DNA of 64,000 nt from an uncultured Armatimonadia bacterium (GCA_963749155.1 CAVVLO010000001.1:32001-96000); one strand, 5' to 3'. Numbered from the stretch's first letter, positions 20,983 through 31,838 are shown. Numbers and translations are program-made. The notes: generated by a model not told the origin, from the letters alone.

Positions 20983-23144
20983 GTTGCCGGTTCCTCCCAG
21001 GCGGCAGGGCGCTCGAGGCCCTCCGTCTCGAGGAGCCGCTGATACTTGACCAGGGCCTTGTTGAGGTAATCGAGCGCTTCTTGAAGCTGTGCTTCGTTTT
21101 CGAACTGGCCACGTCGCTTTACGTTTTCGATGTGGTTGGTGAGGTTGTTCACCCAGAACTCGGCTGACTCGCGTCGAAAAGCTTCTCTGCCGTCCACTCG
21201 CAAGTAGATAGCGCTTGTGTGGGCGGCATCCGGCGAGTTGAGGGCATCGAATTTCCCATCGCGGCTTGCGCGCGCGACTACCCAGAGGGACTCGGAGGGC
21301 GTCAGCTCGAAGTCCAGTTCGGCGGAATTGTCCTCGGTATTCAGCGAGGCGACCACCTGATGGTTGGCCACCACTTCAACCTGACCCAGCGGGTGACGAG
21401 ACCAGGCCTTGAGATGACCTGCAAGCTGCTGGCCAGCTTCGATATCGAGAGTTGAGCCAGGGCCCTGGCCTTCCACTGTAAGTAGCAGCAGCGGGCCGGA
21501 GGTGGTAAAGGTTCGACCGGCCTTAAGCCCGTCCAGCCAGGCGCGATAGGTGAAGTCGCCTTCCACCTGGACATAAGTCCGGACGCAGCCTGCCACGCGC
21601 GCGGGATGGTCGCTGCCGTTGCCCAGCCCAATATGGAAACCGCAATCCAGGAACCGGTAATAGTGTTCAGGCTCGAGCTGGTCGAGTCCATCGGCCAGTC
21701 CTTGAATAACGTTTACCGGCACATCGGAGGCGCCGAAAGGCCCCAGATTGTGGGCTTCGAGGCTGATACCACCTTGCCGATGGGCCTCGAGGATGGCCGT
21801 CTTGTTGAGGGGATAATCGAAGGCGTCATGCGGGCCGCCGCTGCCGGGGCCAGTCGCAATCGGCTGGACGAGGTCGGTAATCCCCAGTAGATTGATATGG
21901 CCCCAGTGATTGTCGTTGCGATATTCCTCGCCCATCCAGATGAGATAATCATCGTCTGAATGGTCTGCCACCAGTCCCATCGGGCGCTGGTCAGGTTTGG
22001 TGAAGGGGCCGCCCTGCTGGGCCGAGCGCCACTGGTAGAGGGTCAGGTTGTTGGCAACGCGCAAGTCTTCAGCCCGCTGGACCATTGCAAGCAGCGCGAG
22101 GTCTTCATTCTGGTCCCAGGCATTGATGGCCCAGTGGATATGCGTATCGCCGCTGATCCAGCCAAGGTCCTTCATGTCCAACTCGCGAGCGGAGGTCAGG
22201 GTGATAGCGCGCGTCTCGCCGGCGGCAAGGTCAGCCCCCTGGGTCACAAGCGGGTGCTCGAAACCGCGCTCCAGCGTTATCTGGGTGGGCCCGGGCGGCA
22301 CCAATACTTCAAAGTGGCCGTCACTGTAGAAGAAGGGCAGCTTGTACCAGGCGGGGCGGAACACGACGGGCTTCTCCGAGAGCGTCGAGTTGGCCTTGAA
22401 AGCCTCCCCGTGCCGTACCAGACCATCGCTCCCATAGACCCGGACGCGCCCTGGGAAGGGCTGGCCAGTTGAGGCTTCAATCAGAGTACCTGTAAGCCTG
22501 GCTGGTTCCACTACTGTAACAGGCAGTTGGAAAGCCAGGACCGGTTTGGCAGCCTCGTCCACGAACTGAATATCAAATCCGGTCAGCGCGGTGGTTTCAG
22601 CCAACATAGGCAGCAGGAACCAGCGACTTTGCCCCGCTGGGATAGCTTCGGCCGGCGCGCAGGGGGGCAGGTCAGAGCCAAGGCGAGGCGCCAGGACGAC
22701 CTCCTCGCTCGTGGTGTTGGCGACTTCCACCAGCATGACACGTGTAAGACCGCGCGCAAGCGCTACCACTTCGGGCGAAGGCAGCTCTCCACTGCCATAG
22801 GTCAGAGCCAGGGTGGGGTATTCGCCGCGCAATCGCTCGCAGAGTTGGCGAGAGGCCTTGCTCACGGCGGCGTGGTCGGCTTCGGTGGCAGGCTCGAGAC
22901 GCCAGGCTTCAGTGATCTGCCAGATGGCTTCGGCCTCGGCCATAAGTTCAGGTTGCAGGCGCGTCGGGGCGATATGGGCCAGGTCGGAGAAGAGCCTGTA
23001 GAAATGAGCGTATTCTGCTTTATCGAAACGAGCCTCAACAGGGGTCAGCCCGGCCAGATCAGCAGAGACGCCCTCGTTCGGTTGGGCCAGAGCCAGTAGA
23101 GGCAGACCCAGCACCAAGATCATTATCAGGATTATTGGGTTCAT
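20979..23144 (-). CDS. Secreted CehA/McbA-family (PHP-like) metallohydrolase
   Basis: GWISGDTHIH, GEEYR...WGH, GNGSDH, RTYVQV, GLKAGRTFTTSGPLL. Signal peptide present. Confidence 0.8.
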   Translation of the reverse strand: MNPIILIMILVLGLPLLALAQPNEGVSADLAGLTPVEARFDKAEYAHFYRLFSDLAHIAPTRLQPELMAEAEAIWQITEAWRLEPATEADHAAVSKASRQLCERLRGEYPTLALTYGSGELPSPEVVALARGLTRVMLVEVANTTSEEVVLAPRLGSDLPPCAPAEAIPAGQSRWFLLPMLAETTALTGFDIQFVDEAAKPVLAFQLPVTVVEPARLTGTLIEASTGQPFPGRVRVYGSDGLVRHGEAFKANSTLSEKPVVFRPAWYKLPFFYSDGHFEVLVPPGPTQITLERGFEHPLVTQGADLAAGETRAITLTSARELDMKDLGWISGDTHIHWAINAWDQNEDLALLAMVQRAEDLRVANNLTLYQWRSAQQGGPFTKPDQRPMGLVADHSDDDYLIWMGEEYRNDNHWGHINLLGITDLVQPIATGPGSGGPHDAFDYPLNKTAILEAHRQGGISLEAHNLGPFGASDVPVNVIQGLADGLDQLEPEHYYRFLDCGFHIGLGNGSDHPARVAGCVRTYVQVEGDFTYRAWLDGLKAGRTFTTSGPLLLLTVEGQGPGSTLDIEAGQQLAGHLKAWSRHPLGQVEVVANHQVVASLNTEDNSAELDFELTPSESLWVVARASRDGKFDALNSPDAAHTSAIYLRVDGREAFRRESAEFWVNNLTNHIENVKRRGQFENEAQLQEALDYLNKALVKYQRLLETEGLERPAAWEEPAT

Positions 23145-23236
23145 ACTGGCAGTATATCAAAGCTTTGGCGGCAGGAAGGTCCCTGGCTTGCTCGTATATT
23201 GCCGGGTCTTTATGCCAGGGATTTCCCGGAGGGAAT

Positions 23237-24268
23237 ATGAGCAAGCTCAGAGTCGGTGTTGTAGGGATGGGCGGCATCAGCGGCGCGCATGTCCCGGTCT
23301 ATCTGAATGATCCAAGGTGCGAGCTAGTAGCAATCTGCGACAGGGACGAAAAATGGCTCGCCCACTGCAAGGACGCTTACGGAGCCAAATACGCCTTCTC
23401 CACCTGGGAAGAACTGGTCGCCTGCGATGAAGTGGACGCGCTGTCGGTCTGCCTGCCGACCATATTCCACGCGCCTGTGACAGTTGCGGCGCTCGACGCG
23501 GGCAAGCATGTGCTCTGCGAAAAACCGATGGCTCAGAATCTTGAAGCCGCCCAGGCGATGGCCGCAGCTTCAAAACGCAACGGCAAGACGCTGATGGTCA
23601 GCTACAATCAGCGGCTCGGGGGCGACATCCAGTACCTCAAACAATATGTGGACGAGGGGCATCTGGGCGAGGTCTACTTCGCTCGCACAGGTTGGCGGCG
23701 CGCAATGGGCATCCTCCCCGCGCCCAGCGTGGACAGGGCAACTGGCGCTTACAACCGCAACTGGTTCAACGAGAAGGCGATGGGCGGCGGTGTCTGCAGC
23801 GATCTCGGCTCTCATGTGCTGGACCTGGCTCTCTACCTGATGGGCTTCCCCAAGGTGAAGCAGGTCGTCGGCTGCACCTATACCAAGTTCCTGCCGCAGT
23901 TCCTCGCGGGGACGGGCCTGCCGAGTGATGCGGACGATCATTCGGTGGGATTCGTGAAGTTCGAGAATGGTGCTTCGCTGCAGTTTGAGGCCAGTTTCGG
24001 CTGCTATGTGGAGCGCGAGACCATCTTCCAGGCCCTTTACGGAGACAAGGGCGGCGCTCATCGGGAGATCGGCCAGCCGGTTAAGCTCTTCACCCAGACC
24101 TCAGGCGCCTATTCGACCGTTGTACCGAACATCTCGCTGCCCGCCCAAAGCCCTGTCGCGCACTTCGTGGATGTCATCGTGGACGGTGTCACGCCGATTA
24201 TCACACCTGAACAGGGCGTAATGGTCACCGAGATCCTCGATGGCTTCTACAAGTCGTATGCCGAGTAA
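23237..24268 (+). CDS. Gfo/Idh/MocA-family oxidoreductase
   Basis: VGVVGMGGIS Rossmann motif, HVLCEKPMA, GGGVCSDLGSHVLD. Confidence 0.93.
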   Translation: MSKLRVGVVGMGGISGAHVPVYLNDPRCELVAICDRDEKWLAHCKDAYGAKYAFSTWEELVACDEVDALSVCLPTIFHAPVTVAALDAGKHVLCEKPMAQNLEAAQAMAAASKRNGKTLMVSYNQRLGGDIQYLKQYVDEGHLGEVYFARTGWRRAMGILPAPSVDRATGAYNRNWFNEKAMGGGVCSDLGSHVLDLALYLMGFPKVKQVVGCTYTKFLPQFLAGTGLPSDADDHSVGFVKFENGASLQFEASFGCYVERETIFQALYGDKGGAHREIGQPVKLFTQTSGAYSTVVPNISLPAQSPVAHFVDVIVDGVTPIITPEQGVMVTEILDGFYKSYAE

Positions 24269-24282
24269 AGGGAGCGACCGAT

Positions 24283-26191
24283 TTGCCACGACTTTTAGTG
24301 CTGGGTCTGGGAATACTGCTGTTTATGAGCCCTGGCCTGGTATATGCGAAGAAGGAGAGTGTCATGCCGATTGTCAGCCTGCCGGTTGAGGCCGGTCCAG
24401 CGATGAGGTTCGCCGCTGGCGAACTGGTGAAGTATCTCGGCCAGATGACCGGCCAGGCGTGGGAAGCCCGGCCTGAAGCCAAGCCGACCGAGGAAGTTGC
24501 CATCCGGATCGATTATGCGCCGCAGCTTGTCGAGGATGGCTTCCACCTCTATCGCAAGGGGCGGGCTGTCTGCATCGCTGGCGGAGGCTCGCGCGGAGCG
24601 ATGTATGGCGCTTACGAACTGCTGCGCCAGCTTGGCTGTCGCTGGCCGCTGCCGGGCAAGGAGTACGAAGTCGTGCCAAAGCTTGAGGCCTTCGACTGGC
24701 AGGGGCCTGAGCTTGTCAGTCAGCCTGCGATGCGTCGGCGAGGGATGGCTTTCATCCTCTGGCAGTGGCAGCCGCAGGTCGTCGAGTGGATAGACTACCT
24801 CGCCAAGAACGGTTTCAATTTCCTTTTCTATATGGGGATGTGGCAGGCGCCCTTTACCGAGGCAATCAACGAGCGCGAGCTGGGCTTCGAGTATGGTCAG
24901 CACATCCTGCGCAATCTGCTGCCAGCCGACCTGTTCGAGGCGCATCCAGAGTATTTCCGCTTCGATGGCGAGAAGCGCAATCCGGACTGGAATCTCTGCA
25001 CCTCCAGTGATGAGGCGCTTTCGGTGATGGGGCAGAACGCTCAGAGGATGCTTGGCGACCTTTCGGTCTTCGACAGGCTGGAGACGCTGCACACCTGGGC
25101 TGACGACCTGGTAGGCGAGGGCTGGTGCAAGTGCCCGGAGTGCGCAGGCTTCTCTGAGACAGACCAGACCGTGCGGATGATGAACGGCATCGCCAGGCAC
25201 GCTGACCTGGGCGCCACCAAGCTCGGTTTCTGCGCCTACCACGCCTCCATCTATGCGCCTGAGCAGGTGCAGGCAGCCGAGGCAGTACGATTGATGTACG
25301 CCCCGCGCGAGCGTTGTTATCTCCATCCGCTAGGTGGTTGCGAGGCCAACAAGCGTTATCTGGACTATATGCGCGCGTTGGTGAAGGCCGTGCCCGCCGA
25401 GCCTGAGGTGTTCGAGTATTACAACGACTGCATCCTGCTGCGCCATATGGGGATGCCCCTCTACCCGACCATCGGCAAGGATGTCGAGGTGTACCTGGCG
25501 GAGGGGATGGACGGCGTGATGTCGCTCTTCTTCCAGGACTTCAGCGACTGGGCCTACGGTATCAACACCTACACGCTGGGCAAGGCGCTGTGGCGCGGGA
25601 AGGGCGAGGACGGGGACGCGGTGGAGTTCTGCGCAGGCTGTCTACGGGCCGGCTGCGCCGGCGATGAAGTCCTTCTCCGATCGACTGTTCGAGCTGACGG
25701 CGACTTCGATGGCGACCTGCGGCTACTATGACTTCGTGGACCTGCGCTTCCCGCCAAGGGATGCCTGGTCGGCCGAGCATCTGGCGCTGCTTGCGCCGCT
25801 GACCACGCCAGAGAAGCTTGGCGAGATGGACGCGCTGCTCGAGGAGGCCGAACGGCTGACCGAAAAGGGGCGCTGGGCTCAGAACGTAGCTGATCAGGCG
25901 CTGCTGTGGCAGTTCACGCGGCACGAAGTGCTGACCATCCAGCAGGAGCTTGAGTTCGATCCGCTGTGGTCGAAGGTGCTGGATGGCAAGGCAACACCCG
26001 AGGAAGCGCGAAAACTCGCCGACGCGCTGGACGACAACCTGCGGCGGCTGGATGTCGGGACGGAAATCCTGATGAGCGCGCCTGAGCGATTGCGCAGTCC
26101 TGCGGGACGGCAGGCCAGCTTCGGCGAGCGAGATGGCTTCTTCCAGGGCCACAGGCGCAACGTGCGCGACCTCGCCCGCAGCCAGCAGTAG
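24283..26191 (+). CDS. Secreted DUF4838-type protein with GH67-like N-terminal domain; +1 frameshift at ~25636
   Basis: FAAGELVKYLGQMTG, RGAMYGAYELL..LGCRW, HPEYFRF, LCTS, WCKCPEC. ORF 25664..26191 joins after removing one G. Confidence 0.7.
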
Positions 26192-26228
26192 CTGCCAGGC
26201 AACAAAGAAGGTCCAGGGGCGCCGGGGC

Positions 26229-29200
26229 TTAGTCCGGCGCCTCTTCCGCAATAAGCAGCCAACCCTTGGCAGGCTGGACAGGGATGGCTTCGTCCGGCGC
26301 GAACACCGCCTCAGGCTGGAAATGATCGATCGCCGGTGCGACCAGCTTCGTCTTCGCCGGATCGAGTCCGAGCGCTTCCCAGTCGATCTTCAGGCGCACC
26401 AGTTCGGCGCCGGTGCTGGAACCGGATTGCGGTGCTTCCACTGTGAAAGGCCCCTGGGCAGCAAGCTCGAGCCTCGCGAACCGGCTCGGGTCGTGGAAAC
26501 TGCCTGCAATCCGCGCCCAGGACGAGAGCTCGAGAGCGGGCGTCTGGCGCCCGCGCGCCAGGTTGAAGCCAAGCGTCGCCGGCTGGCCCGCGGTTAGCCC
26601 CAGTGCCGAGAGCGGTAGAGCCAACTCTCCCTCCCAGGCGTCAGCGGTGACGCGGGCCTGGTACTCGCAGGCGCCCTCCCAGGGGTCGTTCATATTGCGC
26701 GCGCGGAAGAGCGTCCCCAGCGCGTTGCCCACGAAGTGAAGGTAGTCGGGCCTCGCCATATCCGGTTGGAGGAACACCTCGAAGTCGTCGTCCTCCCACA
26801 CCGCGCCTGCCGGGTCGGTGATTGTGGCTTTAGGCGCCACGCCGCCAGTGTGACAGCGCCAGCCGATATAAAGCACGCCCTCTGCGCACTTGGCCCAGGC
26901 TTCGGTGGGTTGTTCGGGCGCGCCTCCAACGCCCACGCGGTCGAAATCCGTAAGCCGCGCCGCATCGGCCCATTCAGCCTCGTCAACTGTGCCATCTACC
27001 TTTGGCGCCGAGGCCGCAAGAGGCGCCTGGGCAAGGAGCCCGGCTTCTTCTTCGGGCCACTGAGCCAGCGCTATCAGCGACTTGCCGGGCTTGCGGTAGA
27101 CGGTCGCCAGCACACCGGGCTTGTCTGTCTTGACCGGGCAAGCGGGGTCCCAATAGCCCAGCCAGTCGGCGTCCTGGATGCCGAACTCGTCCCAGAAACG
27201 CCACATCGCAAAGGCTGAGGGATTCTGCCTGCCGGTCATCCCGTAAAGCATCCCGCGCCACTGGTTGCCGCCGTTCTCGTAGTTGAGCATCTCGCTCGTT
27301 AGCCCAAAGGGCAGGCCGCTTATCTCGACCAGCCAGTAGTCGGGCTTGCTGTTGTAGTCGTACATCTCGCCTATCCAGAGATTGCTAAAGTAGGGCAGAT
27401 GCTCGAGGTACTGGTTCAGCGGGCTGACTTTGGTGTCCATAAAGTCATAGTTATTGCCCGAGTGGAAGTTGATGCGGCTGCCCGGATCGGTGCGTTGCAT
27501 AACTTTGGCGATGCGTTTCATTATCTCGCGGTCATAACCGATACCATCGAGGTACAGGCCATCTATCCCCGTGTTTTGCATCAGCCAGCGCATTCCCTCG
27601 ACATAATAGTTATGCCAGCGTGAAAGGCCTACCTGGGCGATGGCGGCATCGGTGTCGCCACCCGGCAAAGGCTGACGCCAGGCGGGCACGTAGCCGGAGA
27701 CGAGATGCTCTTGCAGCCAGGGATAACCGCCTCCAGGCTGCCCGAAGAAGGTCTTCTCGACGCTGTAGACGTAGCTCTGGCCCACGTCGAAGATCTCTCT
27801 GCCCAGGCTGCGCAGCGCCCATAGCTCGGAGACATGGTTGGAAAGCTCTCTTACCGTGTAGTAGAGGTTGACGCCTTCCATCGGCGTGCGGGTGGCCGAG
27901 AAACGCAGCAGCGGGCCTTGCTCATCGCTGACAATCCCAGCTGCGCCAGTCACCTCGCCCGCAGGGCCGGCCTCTGCCCGACTCACCTGGGCCAGATCGA
28001 TATTGGTGAAAGCGTCCAGCAACAAGGTATGCTCGTCTGCGACGGGCTCGATCGGCTGCCCCTCGACATAAGGCGCATCTGAAAGCTTCAGCGCCGCCAG
28101 GTCAAAGCCGCCGTGGAAGGTAACCTTCACTCCAGTCAGCGAGTTGTCCAGGGTCCCCTCATAAGGCAGTTTGCCTATCAATTTGCCATCGACATAAATA
28201 GCGAATTCCTGCCCCCAGGAAAGCGTGAGCAGGTGGCGCTGGCCCTCGGCCCAGTCGTCCGACCTGGTGCCGAAGATGACGGGATACTGGTTGAGCGCGG
28301 GGTCGCCCTTGCGGATATAGGCGCGCATCCCATGGTCGTCGATGTTCCAGTAGAAACCGATGCCATCGCCATTGGGGTATTCGATGTGCAGCAAGTTCTG
28401 GTTGTAGGAGGTGGCCGGGTCGAAGTTCAGCCGCGCCCAGACGTGCAGACTGCCCTGTTTCGGATTGAAGCACTGCTCGGCCGGGTAGTCCACCTGACCA
28501 CGGTTGGTCAGAACGCCCTGACCTTTGGCGTAGTCTACGACTTCTTTCAGCGCGTCTACGGTCAGGAAGGGATAGTTGATATAGGGGTTGGCCGAGTTGC
28601 CGTGGTGGAGATGCACTATATTTCCACCTGATTCGGGCGAGGCATAACGCCAGTTCCAGTGGCCTGGGTCGAGGGGCTTCAAGGGGGTGACATAGAAGCG
28701 GAACCGCAACAGCAACTGCTCGCCGGCTGCCAGAGTCCTCGGCCCTGTGAAAGCGCGGAGGATAAAGGCGTCACCTTCCTCGCGCACAGTGGCGCCTCCC
28801 TGGCCGCCGTTGCCCCAGCTTTCAGGGACGCCACTCGCAAGGTTCATCAGGTTCCAGACGTCCTGGTTGTCCTGCAGGCTGACTTGCAACCCGGCGTCGA
28901 AATCGCCAAGCCACAGCTGGTTGTCGCAGCGGCGGGCGTCCCACTTCCAGTCCCAGCTCGCGGGGCGTTCACCGCCCCGGAAGGACAGCCCCATCATGTA
29001 GCGAGCGACCTCCTCGGCGACTGGCACCTCCAGCGCCAAATCGGTCAGGCTGGTCTGCTCGGTTGCGTCGAACTCCGCCCAGCAGTTGATGCAGCCATCC
29101 GCCTCGGTGCTGGTGGTCAGTGTCAGCTGCAGCCCGCCGCCGGTGGAGACCGTCTGGCGCTCTACCTTGCCAGGCGCCTGCTTCAGCAAGCGCGTCTCGC

Positions 29201-30500
29201 CCGCCTTCCATTCGATTGGCCCGGAGCTGGTGGATGCCACAAGCTTCACTGGTGAGTCCAGCACTTCGCGGTCATTGGCCTGGATGCTCCGCGGCAGGCC
29301 GACGGGATTGTAGGTGACCGAGCGCAGCACGAAACTCAGGGTAGCTCCTGCGACCTCAATCGGAGTAAAGGGCGAGATGACCTCATCGTCCAGCCCGAGC
29401 GTCGAATCAAGCCACGAGAGGCGCGCCATCCGCCACAAGTCATCAGTACCGCCGTTGGCGATCGGCTCGCCTGCGACAGTCAGGCTGACCGGGATAGTTT
29501 GTGCCGGCAGGCCTTGCGGCTTCAGCGTCAGCGTCCCCTCGTAAAGCCCCTTCGCATCTTCGGGCACGGTGATGCCTACCCACAGCGCGCGCACCTGACC
29601 TTCGCCAACCGCGAAAGTTGGCCTGATAGGTCTGCCAAGCCAGTCGCTACCCTCCAGGTTGAGGCAGGTTATTGCGGAAGCGGAGATATTACCGGATTGA
29701 CTGACCAGGTCAGAGCGTTCCAGTTCGACATCCGATATGGCCTGGCGGGCTGCCCAGAGGCCAAGCTGGAACCAGTAATTTTCTCCGGGGCGCGCTTCCC
29801 CAGAGAAACCCGCCGCTGGGCCAGTCTGAGTCCAACTGACAGGCAGGTCATCGGGCATCTTGACCTGCCGGGCGCGGTCCTCGGGAAAGACTAGATAGTC
29901 GGAATCGGGGTGCTTCGCGAGCAGCGCGGCGACCTCGTCCGCGGTCGCAACGACCTCCATCGGATCGAACCGGTTGAACTCTGTCCGCGCCTGCAACTCC
30001 AACACCTGCGCCTCGGGCAGCGTGGCTACTCCGGCTGCAGAGGGCGATGCGAGGCCTGTTGCCTCAAGCCAGGCGGCCTCGGCGGTGGCTTCGGGCTTAT
30101 AGTAAGCGCCAGCGTCATCGAAGTTGCCCTTCGGGGCGGTGTAGGGCAGGTAGTAGACCTCGTATAGCCCCGCGCCGGAGGTCGGCTGGAAGGCCAACTC
30201 GCCCACTTCGCGCGTGATGGAGAGGGCCACCACGTTCACAATCCGCTGGCCGGTCTGGGCATCAAACACCAGCACGGCTTTGCCCTCGGCATCTCGGTCG
30301 CGCCTGCGCCAGGGGATGCTAACCTTGACGGCCTGGGCCGCCTGGTCCACCTGGACCAGCGCGCGATGGTTGCCTCGCCCGTCCTCGTTCCACTGGCCGA
30401 CCGAGTAGTTCGCCAGATCAAGTGCCACTGCAATACCCCCAAAAATCGCCAACAAGCTGGCGAGTAACAGCAGTATTAAGGGTGCCGGAGCAAGTTTCAT
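26229..30500 (-). CDS. Secreted DUF6067/GH123-like glycoside hydrolase with inserted LamG-like and CBM9-like domains
   Basis: GNHRA, IPWRRRD, NPYINYPF, YYTVRELSNH, SRWHNYYVEG, DGLYLD, PDYWLVEISGLPFGL motifs. Signal peptide present. Confidence 0.75.
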   Translation of the reverse strand: MKLAPAPLILLLLASLLAIFGGIAVALDLANYSVGQWNEDGRGNHRALVQVDQAAQAVKVSIPWRRRDRDAEGKAVLVFDAQTGQRIVNVVALSITREVGELAFQPTSGAGLYEVYYLPYTAPKGNFDDAGAYYKPEATAEAAWLEATGLASPSAAGVATLPEAQVLELQARTEFNRFDPMEVVATADEVAALLAKHPDSDYLVFPEDRARQVKMPDDLPVSWTQTGPAAGFSGEARPGENYWFQLGLWAARQAISDVELERSDLVSQSGNISASAITCLNLEGSDWLGRPIRPTFAVGEGQVRALWVGITVPEDAKGLYEGTLTLKPQGLPAQTIPVSLTVAGEPIANGGTDDLWRMARLSWLDSTLGLDDEVISPFTPIEVAGATLSFVLRSVTYNPVGLPRSIQANDREVLDSPVKLVASTSSGPIEWKAGETRLLKQAPGKVERQTVSTGGGLQLTLTTSTEADGCINCWAEFDATEQTSLTDLALEVPVAEEVARYMMGLSFRGGERPASWDWKWDARRCDNQLWLGDFDAGLQVSLQDNQDVWNLMNLASGVPESWGNGGQGGATVREEGDAFILRAFTGPRTLAAGEQLLLRFRFYVTPLKPLDPGHWNWRYASPESGGNIVHLHHGNSANPYINYPFLTVDALKEVVDYAKGQGVLTNRGQVDYPAEQCFNPKQGSLHVWARLNFDPATSYNQNLLHIEYPNGDGIGFYWNIDDHGMRAYIRKGDPALNQYPVIFGTRSDDWAEGQRHLLTLSWGQEFAIYVDGKLIGKLPYEGTLDNSLTGVKVTFHGGFDLAALKLSDAPYVEGQPIEPVADEHTLLLDAFTNIDLAQVSRAEAGPAGEVTGAAGIVSDEQGPLLRFSATRTPMEGVNLYYTVRELSNHVSELWALRSLGREIFDVGQSYVYSVEKTFFGQPGGGYPWLQEHLVSGYVPAWRQPLPGGDTDAAIAQVGLSRWHNYYVEGMRWLMQNTGIDGLYLDGIGYDREIMKRIAKVMQRTDPGSRINFHSGNNYDFMDTKVSPLNQYLEHLPYFSNLWIGEMYDYNSKPDYWLVEISGLPFGLTSEMLNYENGGNQWRGMLYGMTGRQNPSAFAMWRFWDEFGIQDADWLGYWDPACPVKTDKPGVLATVYRKPGKSLIALAQWPEEEAGLLAQAPLAASAPKVDGTVDEAEWADAARLTDFDRVGVGGAPEQPTEAWAKCAEGVLYIGWRCHTGGVAPKATITDPAGAVWEDDDFEVFLQPDMARPDYLHFVGNALGTLFRARNMNDPWEGACEYQARVTADAWEGELALPLSALGLTAGQPATLGFNLARGRQTPALELSSWARIAGSFHDPSRFARLELAAQGPFTVEAPQSGSSTGAELVRLKIDWEALGLDPAKTKLVAPAIDHFQPEAVFAPDEAIPVQPAKGWLLIAEEAPD

Positions 30501-30517
30501 CGGCCCTCCAGTAAAAC

Positions 30518-31657
30518 TCACGTCAGCGCGTTCGCCACCAGCGTAGTGACTGTGTTGCGCAGCTCATTGGTCTTCTCGTCGCTCTTTGGCGAGTTGGTCG
30601 TGATGAAGGCGACGGCCAGGTTGGTCTCGGGATCGGCGACGCCGATGACGGTGTTGATGCCTGCGTGGCCATAGGTCGCCTCGGACATGGCAGTTGGCAG
30701 ACCGAACCAGGGATTGGCACCCGGCCCGCGCGTAAGCCACCCAAGCGCCCAATATTCATGAGTTGGGGGCTGGCCCTTCGCCAGCGCCGACTGGATCTGT
30801 TCCAGATACTGCACGCGGTGCATCTCCTCGAAAGCTGACTCGGAGAGCAATCGGCCGCCCGGCCACTCGCAATGGTTGAGATGCAGGTTCAATAGCCGCA
30901 GCATATCGCGCGGCGTGCCCATTACTCCGCCCGCTGGGTGGCCAAGTACGCCGTAATGGGCTGAATCGAAGGGCGTCGGCAGGCTCAGAGGCTGTGGCGA
31001 GAGAGCCGCTCGGTCGGTTGGACCGGGCGTCTCGAAGCCAAAGGTCCCGCCCAGCGGCTCGAAGAGCAGCTTGCGCGCAAGCTCAGGCCAGGGGGTGCGA
31101 TTTGTGACGGCTCGGGCACATTCGGCGGCAAGGAAGAGGCCACTCAGAGCATGGTAGAAGGTGCGCGTGCCAGGCTCCCACTCGAGGTCTGTGCTGCAGA
31201 CGAGTTCTACGCCCTGATGCCAGAGTTCTTCTGTATCAACTGGGCCGAAAGGCACATTGGGCACACCCACCGAGTGGGTGAGGGCGTGGCGCAGCGTCGC
31301 CGTGTCCCTTCCACCACCTTTGAAACAGGGGATATATCGCGACAGCGGCGCATCAAGTTCAAGCAGGCCCTGATCTATCAGGCGCATCACGACGGTGGCG
31401 CTGACTACTTTGGAAAACGAGTAAAGGATATGTCTGGTGTTCCCCTTCATGGGGTTGTCGCGTCGGTAGCTGCTGCACCAGGTGCCCCAATAGCGTTCGA
31501 TGAAGAGCTTGCCGTTGCGCGAGGCCAGCAAGGCCGCGCCGGGGAACTCTCCGGTGTCAAATTGCGCGTCCAGATACGCCCCCGCTGCGGCCAGTTTGGT
31601 GGAATCCACCCCTGCCGCCTCGGGACTGACTTCCTCAAAGAGCTTGTTGATTTCCAT
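30518..31657 (-). CDS. Serine hydrolase, beta-lactamase class C-like family
   Basis: SxxK (SFSK), TLRHALTH, EPGTRTFY, YGHAG. Confidence 0.88.
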   Translation of the reverse strand: MEINKLFEEVSPEAAGVDSTKLAAAGAYLDAQFDTGEFPGAALLASRNGKLFIERYWGTWCSSYRRDNPMKGNTRHILYSFSKVVSATVVMRLIDQGLLELDAPLSRYIPCFKGGGRDTATLRHALTHSVGVPNVPFGPVDTEELWHQGVELVCSTDLEWEPGTRTFYHALSGLFLAAECARAVTNRTPWPELARKLLFEPLGGTFGFETPGPTDRAALSPQPLSLPTPFDSAHYGVLGHPAGGVMGTPRDMLRLLNLHLNHCEWPGGRLLSESAFEEMHRVQYLEQIQSALAKGQPPTHEYWALGWLTRGPGANPWFGLPTAMSEATYGHAGINTVIGVADPETNLAVAFITTNSPKSDEKTNELRNTVTTLVANALT

Positions 31658-31758
31658 ATTTACCTCTCTTGCAGGCTTGGTAGGTTGCGTGGAGTTCGCC
31701 TTCGGGTCACTTTTTACCTGCCTGATGAAAAAGGGCAAAGAAACTTTGAGGGAACCTC

Positions 31759-31800
31759 TTGCTTAGTTATGGAATTGTGGTATCATAATACCAGATAACT
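31759..31800 (+). promoter_or_regulatory. Putative sigma70 promoter overlapped by an inverted repeat (candidate operator)
   Basis: TTGCTT (31759), 16 nt spacer, extended -10 TGgTATCAT. Palindrome TGGTAT-cata-ATACCA at 31778-31793, flanked by AGTTAT/ATAACT. Confidence 0.45.
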
Positions 31801-31838
31801 CGGGGAGAGGATCCCCTGACCTTGGGAGAGTGGCTCAG

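Noticed and set aside
27876..28515. Intein in the DUF6067 gene
   Set aside because: No intein terminal residues or splicing blocks. The insert looks like LamG.
30518..31657. Antibiotic-resistance beta-lactamase
   Set aside because: No signal peptide and only the generic serine hydrolase motifs. An esterase or peptidase is more likely.
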